64,000 bases of DNA from Desulfomonilia bacterium. GTDB lineage: Bacteria > Desulfobacterota > Desulfomonilia > UBA1062. Below, piece after piece: positions 19,484-28,958 of this stretch; position 1 is the stretch's first letter; each line of letters begins with the position of its first letter. The notes beneath the pieces are model-generated. The model was not told the DNA's origin. It saw only the letters and a list, made by a program, of their open reading frames with translations, and ran no database searches. Where the stretch lies: positions 416,001 to 480,000 of the forward strand of contig CAXXDQ010000004.1 of assembly GCA_963664325.2 (NCBI GenBank). Reading direction: 5' to 3'. Made by a program: the position numbers and the translations under genes.

Positions 19484-21055
19484 TCAGAAGGCCCTTGCAA
19501 GGATTGCATCGGCGGCCCTGACGCCGTCGACAGCAGAACTTACTATGCCGCCTGCATACCCGGCGCCTTCGCCTGCCGGGTACAAACCGGACACGGAAAC
19601 GGACTGCATATCGTCACCGCGCAGTATGCGAAGAGGGGAAGATGTCCTGGTCTCGACTCCGATGAGCACTGCCTCTTCCGTCATAAATCCCTTCATCCTT
19701 TTTTCGAAATGTCTTAATGCCAGCCTTATTTCGGAGGCGATCCACTCAGGTAGATAAGAGTGGTCTGACGGTTTGATGCCGGGCAGGAAAGATGAAGCAG
19801 GAAGATCACCGCAGGTTTTTTTTGCGGCAAACGAGGTGATACGCTGGGCCGGGGCGCAAAAACCGCCGCCGCCTGCGGCAAAGGCGGCCTTTTCGAGTGA
19901 CCGTTGAAAATTTATGCCTGCCAGGATATCCCCCTTAATGTCATCCGGCCCTATGGTTACCACTATGGCGGCATTTGAAAAGAGGCCGTCCCTTTTGGAA
20001 AAACTCATACCGTTTGTACAGAGCATGCCGGGCTCCGATGAGGAATTGATAACCTCCCCGCCCGGGCACATGCAGAAGGAATATGTCCCGCGGCCGGTAG
20101 ACTTGTTGTTGAATGTCAATACGTACTCCGCTGCGGGAAGCACCCCTTTTCCGGCAACAGGCCCGTATTGCATACGGTTGATGAGTTCCGCAGGATGCTC
20201 GGCCCTGAGACCTATAGCGAACCCTTTTTTTGTTAAGGAGACGCCAGAGCCTTCAAGCATTTCATAGGTGTCACGGGCGGAATGACCTGTTGCCAGCACC
20301 ACTGCGTCAGCAAGGTATTCGTTGCCCGTTTCCGTAATAAAACCTTTAACCTTTGAATCGTGTAAGATAAGCGAGACGGCCTTTTCGGAAAAATAAATTC
20401 GCGATCCCGAATTCAGAATATATTTCCTTATATTTCTGATTATTACTCTAAGCGTGTCCGTGCCCAGATGAGGTTTCTGCTCATACCTTATTTCTTCAGG
20501 GGCGCCCATTTCAACAAGCCTGTCAAACATCCAGGCGATTTCAGGTCTGCGGGTTCGGGTCGTGAGCTTGCCGTCGGAATATGTTCCGGCACCACCCTCT
20601 CCGAAAAGCACGTTGCTGTCTATATTGAGGAGTCCTCTTTGTTTGAGCTGTTCGATGTCCGCAATCCTTTCTTCAACGGGCTTGCCCCTTTCTATTATTG
20701 TTGCCGTACCGCCTGCTTCAATAAGCCTTAATGCACAGAATAGTCCGGCTGGACCGGACCCGGCTATGATTACCCTGGGAAGGCTCGCCAGACGCCGAGC
20801 CGGAATGTTCAAAGGCGATTCAGTCTTGATGCTTATCCCGGGGATCTTCAGCAGACGCCGGGCATCTTCCTCAGAGACATCAGCTTCGATTCTGTAACAC
20901 CATACGATAGCAGCCTTGTTGCGGGCATCAAGCGATTTCCTGAGAATTTTAAACGGGGTGCTGCCCGGCAGGTTATATAGACTTACAAGTTTTCCAGAAA
21001 GGCCGTCTGAATTTTCGAACGGCGAGAGTTCAATGGAATCAAAAACGAGGTTCAT
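19484..21055 (-). CDS. Uncharacterised FAD-dependent oxidoreductase (COG2509-like)
   Basis: GSGPAG Rossmann motif, GEGGAGTYSDGKL, SFCMCPGG, ETRTSSP, GEGAGYAGGIVSSAVDG. Confidence 0.88.
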   Translation of the reverse strand: MNLVFDSIELSPFENSDGLSGKLVSLYNLPGSTPFKILRKSLDARNKAAIVWCYRIEADVSEEDARRLLKIPGISIKTESPLNIPARRLASLPRVIIAGSGPAGLFCALRLIEAGGTATIIERGKPVEERIADIEQLKQRGLLNIDSNVLFGEGGAGTYSDGKLTTRTRRPEIAWMFDRLVEMGAPEEIRYEQKPHLGTDTLRVIIRNIRKYILNSGSRIYFSEKAVSLILHDSKVKGFITETGNEYLADAVVLATGHSARDTYEMLEGSGVSLTKKGFAIGLRAEHPAELINRMQYGPVAGKGVLPAAEYVLTFNNKSTGRGTYSFCMCPGGEVINSSSEPGMLCTNGMSFSKRDGLFSNAAIVVTIGPDDIKGDILAGINFQRSLEKAAFAAGGGGFCAPAQRITSFAAKKTCGDLPASSFLPGIKPSDHSYLPEWIASEIRLALRHFEKRMKGFMTEEAVLIGVETRTSSPLRILRGDDMQSVSVSGLYPAGEGAGYAGGIVSSAVDGVRAADAILARAF

Positions 21056-21561
21056 TTAGGTTTTCTTCGAAGTGCCTTTACGTAAATGATTTTTCCGTCT
21101 CCAGGCATGTAGTAGTCTTTAAGGAAGGCTTCCTTTTTGTAGCCGCAGCGCTTGTAAAATGCCTGTGTCGGGATATACAGGTCCCTTGCCGAAGTCTCGA
21201 TATAAATACGCCTGCAGCCCACAGCAGATGCAATTTTTTCAGTCTCCTTCAGAAGGGATTCGCCAATGCCTTTCCTCTGATGCCGGGGATGTACGGCGAT
21301 CCAGTACAGGTCGAAACTGCCGAAGGTGCAGGGTATTTCTCCGAAGCACGTATATCCTGCAATGTGACCGGCAATATCCGCAAAAAGAAAACTGTACCCG
21401 CTCTCTGTTCCGTATTCCAGCCTGTCGAGAGCAAGTTCAACACCGATCTCTATTTCCTCATGATGGAAAAAGCCGGTTAAAGTGAGTATTTCATGGATGG
21501 AAGCGATATCTTCCTTACGTATGTCATGCCTGAAAACAAGTTCAGGGTTTAACATAAGCAT
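21052..21561 (-). CDS. GNAT-family N-acetyltransferase
   Basis: LYWIAVHPRHQRKGIG acetyl-CoA motif A, ETS...TQAFY..CGY. Confidence 0.9.
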   Translation of the reverse strand: MLMLNPELVFRHDIRKEDIASIHEILTLTGFFHHEEIEIGVELALDRLEYGTESGYSFLFADIAGHIAGYTCFGEIPCTFGSFDLYWIAVHPRHQRKGIGESLLKETEKIASAVGCRRIYIETSARDLYIPTQAFYKRCGYKKEAFLKDYYMPGDGKIIYVKALRRKPK

Positions 21562-22551
21562 TTAATGGCAGGCTGCTGTAATAATCTGACCGATTGTCTG
21601 GGCGTAGCTCAGCCCGGTCTCCTGCGCGGCGGCGGCTAATCCGCTTTCAGGCTGCAGGCACGGATTTGCGTTTATTTCAAGCACCCAGGGCTTGCCTAGA
21701 GTGTCCACCCTGAAGTCAACCCTTGCATATCCCTTGAGGCCGAAGATCTTCCAGCATTTAAGCGTCATTTTTTTCAGTGTGTCGACAAGCTCGTCCTCTC
21801 CTTCGAGGTTGAAACTTCTTTTAGTCATGTCATATTCAGGCGAGTCCTCCGCCCATTTTGCCTTGTAATCCATGATGGGGAGCATGCCTTCATTATGAAG
21901 GAAGTGCATCTCCGCAGGAGGCATGACCTTTATACCCCCCGGCGTATCCATTATTGATATATTAAATTCCCGGCCTTCGATAAACCGCTCTGCAAAACAT
22001 GGTTTGCCGATTATTTCCGAGCGCAGTCTGGTCCGGTCTTCAACGTCTTCAATGTTTACAGCCGTGATAACGGCCTCCGAATCAAGCCCGATAGAGGCGT
22101 CTTCAAAAACAGGTTTGATGATGTAACGATCCGGGAAAGGCAGCCGTGTAAATGGTCTTTCGCCTGGTATAATCCAAGGGGCCGTACAGACTCCTCTTGC
22201 CAGCAGCATTTTTTTGGTCAGCACTTTATTTGTAGTGATCATGATCGATTCTGATGATGAGCCGGTAAAAGGAATGCCCCAATATTCAAACATGGCCGGT
22301 GCCAGATATGAAAGCCTGCTGGATCCCATGACTGATTCCACAAGGTTGAATACGCAAAGCGGGTTATCATTTTTAATGATTCCCAGCATTTCGTCGGGCC
22401 TCATGAAAAACGGCCTTGTCACAGATTCAAGCCCCAAATCAAGGATTGCCTTTGATATCTCCTCTGCGGCTGAGACGACTTCTTTTTCGTCTTCAGGAGA
22501 ATCATCAGTAACCGGATTGTGGAAAATTGTAACCTTCTGTTTTTCAATCAT
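21562..22551 (-). CDS. Ddl-like ATP-grasp ligase (non-canonical)
   Basis: IPFTGS...NKVLTK, IIKPVFEDASIG, ERFIEGREF, ARVDFR, LEINANP; lacks the Ddl GGxSxE and LHGxxGEDG motifs. Confidence 0.85.
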   Translation of the reverse strand: MIEKQKVTIFHNPVTDDSPEDEKEVVSAAEEISKAILDLGLESVTRPFFMRPDEMLGIIKNDNPLCVFNLVESVMGSSRLSYLAPAMFEYWGIPFTGSSSESIMITTNKVLTKKMLLARGVCTAPWIIPGERPFTRLPFPDRYIIKPVFEDASIGLDSEAVITAVNIEDVEDRTRLRSEIIGKPCFAERFIEGREFNISIMDTPGGIKVMPPAEMHFLHNEGMLPIMDYKAKWAEDSPEYDMTKRSFNLEGEDELVDTLKKMTLKCWKIFGLKGYARVDFRVDTLGKPWVLEINANPCLQPESGLAAAAQETGLSYAQTIGQIITAACH

Positions 22552-23528
22552 ACCGTCACCCTCTTTTGAGCTGATGTCATTATTTCTTCAATTACAGTCT
22601 GATAACTGATACCGTTCAGCCTTGCTATAATCGGGAGATCCGAATGCACGGGATTGAGCCCTGCAAGAGGGTTAGCTTCGATGAAATTCAGGATCCCCTT
22701 TTCATCCATGCGGATATCTATACGGCCGGCATCGCGACAGCCCAGGCCCTTCCATGCCTTCAGGGCCAGCTCCGAGCATGCATTCAAAATGTCTTCTTCG
22801 GGGATGTGGTAATCAATAATCTGTTCATAATTGCTTTTGTTGTAATAGGAATAAATCAGTTCTTCGCTCTGAGCTTTTTTTAAAAAAACTTCCATTGCCC
22901 CGACACATTTGGAATCTTCGCCGGTGCCGATTATCCCTGCGGTAAATTCCCTCCCGGGAAGATACGTTTCGGCGATCAGTGGCTGTTTGTATGAAGCGAG
23001 CAGCCGGGAGACAGTAGTTTTCAGTGTTTTCAGGCTATCGACCTTTGACGTGCCGTCAATGCCTTTTCCCGTGCCTTCGCAGGCTGGCTTGATGAACAGG
23101 GGATACGGAAGGTCGATGGCGTCGGTTTCCGTTTCGTTTTCGATTATGGCGAAATCCGCAGTCGTTACCCCGTAATGCCTGACGATTGATTTGGTAATGC
23201 CTTTGTGAAGGCATACTGAAAGCACAAGAGGGTCGGAAAACGTATAAGGGATTCGATAGGCGTCAAGAAGCGCCGGAACAAGAGATTCGCGGCCGGCACC
23301 ATACATGCCCTCCGCGATATTGAACACCATATCCCAGGTTTTTCCTGATGCAAGTTTTTGTATGAGTTCTTTTGCGTTTCCGACGCGCTCCGTATCATAT
23401 CCCAGGGCAACCAAGGCGTTTTCAATGGCCTCTATGGTCTCAAGACTGTCAAACTCTGCTGCTTCTTCTTTGGAAAAACCCTCTCTCAGGTAATCGTCTT
23501 TAAGGTCATATGTCAGGCCGATCAGCAT
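22548..23528 (-). CDS. Ddl-like ATP-grasp ligase (non-canonical)
   Basis: FNIAEG...GRESLVP, IPYTFSD...HKGITK, KPACEGTGKGI, ETYLPGREF, GRIDIR, IEANPLAGL. Confidence 0.85.
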   Translation of the reverse strand: MLIGLTYDLKDDYLREGFSKEEAAEFDSLETIEAIENALVALGYDTERVGNAKELIQKLASGKTWDMVFNIAEGMYGAGRESLVPALLDAYRIPYTFSDPLVLSVCLHKGITKSIVRHYGVTTADFAIIENETETDAIDLPYPLFIKPACEGTGKGIDGTSKVDSLKTLKTTVSRLLASYKQPLIAETYLPGREFTAGIIGTGEDSKCVGAMEVFLKKAQSEELIYSYYNKSNYEQIIDYHIPEEDILNACSELALKAWKGLGCRDAGRIDIRMDEKGILNFIEANPLAGLNPVHSDLPIIARLNGISYQTVIEEIMTSAQKRVTV

Positions 23529-23541
23529 CTTATGTATAATC

Positions 23542-24822
23542 CTAATTGTTGTCCGGATATCTGATTAGGCGACCCTCGTAGTTTCTAAGCAGAAGGTCGT
23601 TACCAATGTTACCCAGGTTGTGCTGAGGAAGAATGGCTATTTTACCGCCGCCGCCGGGAGTGTCGATGACATAATGCGGCACGGCGTATCCCGTTGTATG
23701 GCCTCTTAGATTTTCTATCATTTCCAGACCCCTGCTGACCGGAGTTCTGAAATGCGACGAACCGATAATCGGGTCGCACTGGTACAGATAGTAAGGTCTT
23801 ACCCGTATTTTAAGCAGACCCGTGAACAGCTTTTTCAAAGTTTCAGCGTCATCGTTTATCCCTTTGAGCAGCACGGTCTGGCTTCCCATGGGTACCCCGG
23901 CATCCGCAAGAAGCCCGCAGGCAGCGCTTGTTTCAGGTGTGAGTTCGTCCGGATGGGTGAAGTGAATGCTCATCCACAGAGGCTGGTTTTTGCGAAGGAT
24001 CCTTAAAAGCCGCGATGTAATGCGGTATGGAAGCACAACCGGCACCTTTGTGCCGATGCGTATCATCTCCACATGAGGGATGGCCCTGATTCTGGAAATG
24101 AGATAATCAAGATCGGCGCTGGGCAGCGTCAAAGGATCTCCGCCTGAGAGCAGGACATCGCGCACTTCTTTCGTTGATTCGATATACTCGATCGCCTTTT
24201 CCCACTGCAGTCTGCTCACCCTGAATCTGTTGTTTCCGACCATGCGGGAACGTGTGCAGTAACGGCAATATGTCGAACAGAAACCGGTTGTCAGGAAAAG
24301 CACTCTGTCAGGATAACGGTGGACGATTCCCGGCACCGGGCTCTGGTGATCTTCTCCGAGCGGGTCTTTTTCTTCCCCGATGCTTCTTATGAATTCATTT
24401 TCCACAGGAATGACTGCACGCCTGATCGGGTGGCGGTCATTGAACTGATCGATAAGGCTTGTGTAATAGGGAGTTATCCTGACCGGCAGACGTGTACTGT
24501 CCGTCCTGTTGAGCGCAGATTCTTCTTTGGGTGAAAGTTTTATGAATCTCTGCAGATCGGCAACGGAGCGCAGACTGTTCTGAAGCTGCCATTTCCAGTT
24601 CGACCAGTCGGAGAGGCTCACATGAGGAAAAAATTCGTGGACGAATTCTCGTGTCGAATTGCTTGCAGGGATAAGACCAGAAAAAGGCCTTTTAAAACCG
24701 GTTATCGATAGAACGGGCTCGGCCGCTGTTAGGGACGGAGGCTCTTCCGGGATCTCGTTTACAAGGGGCGGGGGTTCTTCTGAAGTTATCGCCAACTCAG
24801 TTACCATACTCGGTTTTGCCAT
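23542..24822 (-). CDS. kamA: KamA-family radical SAM aminomutase (lysine 2,3-aminomutase-like)
   Basis: HRYPDRVL, CSTYCRYCTR (CxxxCxxC), LSGGDPL, QTVLLKGIND, PYYLYQCD, PLP-lysine motif DTPGGGGK. Confidence 0.9.
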   Translation of the reverse strand: MAKPSMVTELAITSEEPPPLVNEIPEEPPSLTAAEPVLSITGFKRPFSGLIPASNSTREFVHEFFPHVSLSDWSNWKWQLQNSLRSVADLQRFIKLSPKEESALNRTDSTRLPVRITPYYTSLIDQFNDRHPIRRAVIPVENEFIRSIGEEKDPLGEDHQSPVPGIVHRYPDRVLFLTTGFCSTYCRYCTRSRMVGNNRFRVSRLQWEKAIEYIESTKEVRDVLLSGGDPLTLPSADLDYLISRIRAIPHVEMIRIGTKVPVVLPYRITSRLLRILRKNQPLWMSIHFTHPDELTPETSAACGLLADAGVPMGSQTVLLKGINDDAETLKKLFTGLLKIRVRPYYLYQCDPIIGSSHFRTPVSRGLEMIENLRGHTTGYAVPHYVIDTPGGGGKIAILPQHNLGNIGNDLLLRNYEGRLIRYPDNN

Positions 24823-25074
24823 CTTAAATTCTCCTTAATCAGCTTTATCGGTGCCCGTAATAAAATACTTTAAAAAAAATACTATAAATTGACCAAAAAC
24901 TAGGGCTGCTGGCCGTTCCGAGTTGCATCTATAATTCGCATATAGAGAATAAAAAAAATATTTGTCAATGTTTTTATGAGAAAAAAAAGATGATATTTTT
25001 TTGCATCCAATGCCGCTCTGGACGAAACCTTTGATTTGTGTGTAAATAAGCTTTATTCAAGAACCGGAGGAGAT

Positions 25075-27546
25075 ATGTTTTCAGATTATAAACCTGGCGA
25101 AATCGAAGAAAAATGGCAGGAGGTATGGGAGAAAAAAAATCTGTTCAAGGTAAAACCTGACAGCATAAAAATAAAATATTACCTGCTCGAGATGTTTCCA
25201 TATCCGTCAGGCCGCATACACATGGGACATGTAAGGAATTATTCCATCGGCGATGTGGTTGCACGGTTGAAGCATATGATGGGGTTCAACGTACTTCACC
25301 CTATGGGATGGGATGCTTTCGGAATGCCGGCCGAGAATGCGGCTATTGCAAGCGGCGTTCATCCGAAGAAATGGACGTATGAAAACATCGCCTACATGAA
25401 AAAGCAGCTCAAACGCATGGGCTACAGCTATGACTGGGACCGCGAGGTGACGACCTGCGCGCCTGAATACTACAAATGGGAGCAGCTCTTTTTTATCAGG
25501 ATGTTCGAAAAAGGGCTTGTTTACAGAAAGCGCGGCTTTCTCAACTGGTGCGAGAAATGCAACACGGTCCTTGCGAACGAACAGGTCGAGGACGGCGCAT
25601 GCTGGAGGTGCGGAACGCAGGTCATCCTGAAGGAGCATGACCAGTGGTTTTTCCGGATTACGAAATACGCCCAGGAACTGCTGGACAATATTGAAAAGCT
25701 TAAAGCGGGTTGGCCCGAGAGGGTACTCGTAATGCAGAAGAACTGGATAGGCCGCAGCATCGGTTCAATGATAAAGTTCAAGATAGACGGCCTTGAAGAA
25801 GACATAGAGGTTTTCACCACGAGGCCGGATACGATCTTCGGAGCCACGTTCATGAGTCTTGCACCTGAACACCCGCTGGCGAAGAGGCTTTCAAAAGGAA
25901 CGGTTCAGGAAAAGGCCGTCAATGCTTTTATAGAAAAGACACTCAAGGAAGACAAGATCACCCGGACCTCGGATTCCTATGAAAAGGAGGGCGTGTTTAC
26001 GGGCGCATATTGCATCAATCCTCTCACCGGCTACAGGATGCCCGTTTATGTAGCGAACTTTGTTTTATACGACTATGGCACTGGCGCCGTCATGGCGGTC
26101 CCCTCTCATGACCAGCGCGACTTCGAGTTCGCCAAGAAATACGGCCCGGAGATTATCGTGGTCATACAGCCTGAAGAAGAGACCCTTGATGCGTCGAAGA
26201 TGACAGGGGCCTATGAGGACGAAGGAGTCCTGGTCAATTCGGGTCAGTTCAACGGCATGAAAAACAAAGAGGCTATGGGTGCCATCAACTCGTACCTCGA
26301 AGAGATAGGACGCGGCAATGCGACCATAAACTTCAAGCTCAGGGACTGGGGCATTTCACGCCAGCGCTACTGGGGGGCGCCGATCCCGATAGTCCATTGC
26401 GAGAAATGCGGGATGGTGCCGGTGAAGGTAAGCGAGCTGCCGGTGATATTGCCTGAAAATGTCGATATCAGCGGCGCAGGCGACTCTCCAGTTTCAAAGG
26501 TGCCGGAGTTTGTGAATACGGAATGCCCTAAATGCGGCGGGCCTGCAAAAAGGGATACGGACACCATGGACACGTTCGTCGAATCAAGCTGGTACTTCAT
26601 GCGCTATGCATCCAAAGAATATAAAGATCAGCCTTTCGAGGCTGATGAGCTTGCCTACTGGATGCCGGTTGACCAGTATATCGGCGGCATCGAACATGCG
26701 ATCCTTCACCTTCTTTATTCACGATTCTTCACGATGGTTCTGCGCGACCTCGGGTATACAAAATTGAGCGAGCCTTTCGAGAAGCTGCTCACACAGGGGA
26801 TGGTCATAAAGGACGGGGCGAAGATGTCAAAGTCCAAGGGCAATGTAGTCGACCCTGAAGAGATGATAAAAAAATACGGGGCGGATGCCACACGGCTTTT
26901 TACGCTTTTTGCCGCACCGCCGGAAAAGGATATGGACTGGAGCGACAAGGGCATAGAAGGAAGCTACCGTTTCCTTATGAGGCTCTGGCGGCTCGTGCAG
27001 GACATCAAGGATATACCGTCGGGAACGGGCGCCATCCCGCAATCGATGGAGGATATCTGGCGGAAGACGCATCAGACTATAAAGAAGGTCACCGATGATG
27101 TCGACAAGCGCTTCCACTTCAATACGGCAATTGCCGCCATGATGGAGCTCGTGAACGATATTTACAGGATTCGTGAAACGGTACCCGGAAACGACCAGTG
27201 GGTTATTAAAAAATCGGCGGAGTATCTGCTCATACTTCTTTCACCTTTTGTGCCGCATATCGCAGACGAGCTTTGGCAGGTCCTCGGCAAAGAAGGCGAA
27301 CTCTTTGACATGCCCTGGCCTGGTTTTGATGAAGAGTGGGCCAAAGACGCGGAAATCATCATAGCCGTACAGATCAACGGAAAGCTGAGGGGAACGATAA
27401 ACGTACCGGCCGGGTCGGAGCAGGCTTTCATCGAGGAGGCTGCATACCGGGACCCGAAAGTTATCAAGAACATGGAAGGCATGCAAAAGGTAAAGGTAAT
27501 ATATGTCAAGGATAAGATTCTCAATATTATTGTTAAGCCTTGTTAG
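25075..27546 (+). CDS. leuS: Leucine--tRNA ligase
   Basis: [13 protein letters not shown] (HIGH), FTTRPDT editing motif, KMSKS; RBS GGAGGAG before 25075. Confidence 0.98.
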   Translation: MFSDYKPGEIEEKWQEVWEKKNLFKVKPDSIKIKYYLLEMFPYPSGRIHMGHVRNYSIGDVVARLKHMMGFNVLHPMGWDAFGMPAENAAIASGVHPKKWTYENIAYMKKQLKRMGYSYDWDREVTTCAPEYYKWEQLFFIRMFEKGLVYRKRGFLNWCEKCNTVLANEQVEDGACWRCGTQVILKEHDQWFFRITKYAQELLDNIEKLKAGWPERVLVMQKNWIGRSIGSMIKFKIDGLEEDIEVFTTRPDTIFGATFMSLAPEHPLAKRLSKGTVQEKAVNAFIEKTLKEDKITRTSDSYEKEGVFTGAYCINPLTGYRMPVYVANFVLYDYGTGAVMAVPSHDQRDFEFAKKYGPEIIVVIQPEEETLDASKMTGAYEDEGVLVNSGQFNGMKNKEAMGAINSYLEEIGRGNATINFKLRDWGISRQRYWGAPIPIVHCEKCGMVPVKVSELPVILPENVDISGAGDSPVSKVPEFVNTECPKCGGPAKRDTDTMDTFVESSWYFMRYASKEYKDQPFEADELAYWMPVDQYIGGIEHAILHLLYSRFFTMVLRDLGYTKLSEPFEKLLTQGMVIKDGAKMSKSKGNVVDPEEMIKKYGADATRLFTLFAAPPEKDMDWSDKGIEGSYRFLMRLWRLVQDIKDIPSGTGAIPQSMEDIWRKTHQTIKKVTDDVDKRFHFNTAIAAMMELVNDIYRIRETVPGNDQWVIKKSAEYLLILLSPFVPHIADELWQVLGKEGELFDMPWPGFDEEWAKDAEIIIAVQINGKLRGTINVPAGSEQAFIEEAAYRDPKVIKNMEGMQKVKVIYVKDKILNIIVKPC

Positions 27547-27979
27547 CCTGCTCTGTGCGTGCGGTTATTCCTTCGTACTGAAAGGCGGGGGAAACCTCGG
27601 GACCGTTAACCTTTATTCGTGCACAAACCAGACGCCGCTCAGAAGCGCAGGCGTCATGCTTGACGAACATATGGAAAACGTCCTTGCCTCATACGGGCTT
27701 TATTCCACAGACCCCAGCAGACCCAACCTCAAGTGCATTGTCGTGTCCGCTTCAAAATCGCAGGTTACATCAAATGAGATCGGCACACCCAATCAGTATC
27801 TGCTTTCGGTTACCGTAAGGGCCGAGGTTTTTGACGACAATGACAGGAAGATATGGCAGGGCGATTTCACTGATGACGGTGCGTACAGCACCGGCGGCCA
27901 GGAAGAGGACGGGCTGGATGTCGCATTTGACAAGATCGCTACCCGCATTGCACAGGCCCTGTCGGCAATAAAAGTCTGA
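27503..27979 (+). CDS. lptE: LptE-like LPS-assembly lipoprotein
   Basis: Lipobox LCAC-GY; conserved leuS-lptE-holA gene order; overlaps the leuS 3' end by 44 nt. Confidence 0.7.
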   Translation: MSRIRFSILLLSLVSLLCACGYSFVLKGGGNLGTVNLYSCTNQTPLRSAGVMLDEHMENVLASYGLYSTDPSRPNLKCIVVSASKSQVTSNEIGTPNQYLLSVTVRAEVFDDNDRKIWQGDFTDDGAYSTGGQEEDGLDVAFDKIATRIAQALSAIKV

Positions 27980-27980
27980 T

Positions 27981-28940
27981 ATGTCTGAACTTGAAAGGGT
28001 GTATCTCTTTACGGGAGAGGATATGTTCCTCATGGAAGAGGCGATAAAAACCATGAGATGCTCGCTCGGAGAAGATGCCCTCATGAATTTTTATTCTTTC
28101 GGCCCCGATGAGAGCGGGGCTGCCGATACAGCGCTTGAGCTCCTGAATACGATACCCTTCTTTAACGACAAACGCCTTGTCGTTTTCAGAAATGTGCACA
28201 AGCTTGATGCAAGGTCTTTTGAAAAGATCGCTGGATATGTCAGCGATCCGAGTGATACAGCCACGCTGGTACTGACCATGGAAGGCCAGAAACCCTGGAA
28301 GGATAAAGAAAAAAAGCAATGGGAAGAAAAGTATAAAGTCCTGACTGAGAAAGCGAAAAAGCAGTCGTTCAACGAGCTGAAGGAAGGCCAGTTGATCTCC
28401 TGGATAATTGCCAGGGTAAGATCAATGGGAAAGGAAATCGAAGCCGAAGCGGCCAACTTGTTGAAAGAGGCCTTGCTGTCCCAGACCTGGCAGATAGCCT
28501 CGGAGCTTGAAAAACTGTGCCTTTACGCCGGAGTTAGAAAGACGATCACCCATGATGATGTCAAGAAGCTCGTTTTAAAAACATATGATGATACGGTCTT
28601 CAAGCTTGCTGATGCACTGTTTGACAGGAAGGCGGATGTGCTGATGAGAATAAAGGAAATTGAGGCCTCCGGGGTTAATGAGCTTGAGGTAATTGCCTCA
28701 TTGCAGAATCAGGCCATCGACCACTTTCAGGTGCTTTATGCCCCGGCTGCAAAGAGGAGGAACCTGCACTCTTTTGTAGAAAGCAAAATTTCCGCGCGCA
28801 GGAAGTTCTGGAAGGCAAACGAACTGAATGAGCTGATAAGCGCATTTTCCGGCGTTGAACGCGGAATAAAAACCGGCAGGTGCCTGTCTGCGTATTCGGA
28901 GATTACGGAAATCGCCGCGCGGTATATAAAGACGGTTTGA
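27981..28940 (+). CDS. holA: DNA polymerase III delta subunit
   Basis: VYLFTGED, PFFNDKRLV, ELEKLCLY; synteny with leuS-lptE. Confidence 0.88.
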   Translation: MSELERVYLFTGEDMFLMEEAIKTMRCSLGEDALMNFYSFGPDESGAADTALELLNTIPFFNDKRLVVFRNVHKLDARSFEKIAGYVSDPSDTATLVLTMEGQKPWKDKEKKQWEEKYKVLTEKAKKQSFNELKEGQLISWIIARVRSMGKEIEAEAANLLKEALLSQTWQIASELEKLCLYAGVRKTITHDDVKKLVLKTYDDTVFKLADALFDRKADVLMRIKEIEASGVNELEVIASLQNQAIDHFQVLYAPAAKRRNLHSFVESKISARRKFWKANELNELISAFSGVERGIKTGRCLSAYSEITEIAARYIKTV

Positions 28941-28958
28941 AAATATAATATTAAAACA

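Noticed and set aside
21562-23528. Annotation as housekeeping D-Ala-D-Ala ligases or a van-type resistance locus
   Set aside because: Ddl substrate-binding motifs are missing, and there are no mur/fts or vanH/vanX genes nearby
15694-24822. Lysine fermentation pathway (kamA + kce) or EF-P modification locus (epmB)
   Set aside because: No kamDE, kdd, kal, efp or epmA in the window; the BKACE lacks the Kce Glu; kamA is coupled to ligases instead
24845-24928. 27-codon ORF (MQLGTASSPSFWSIYSIFFKVFYYGHR) upstream of kamA as a precursor peptide
   Set aside because: No RBS, runs through poly-T tracts, and lacks Lys/Glu/Asp-rich core features; more likely UTR
27503-27546. 44-nt leuS/lptE overlap
   Set aside because: Ordinary compaction in a widely conserved operon
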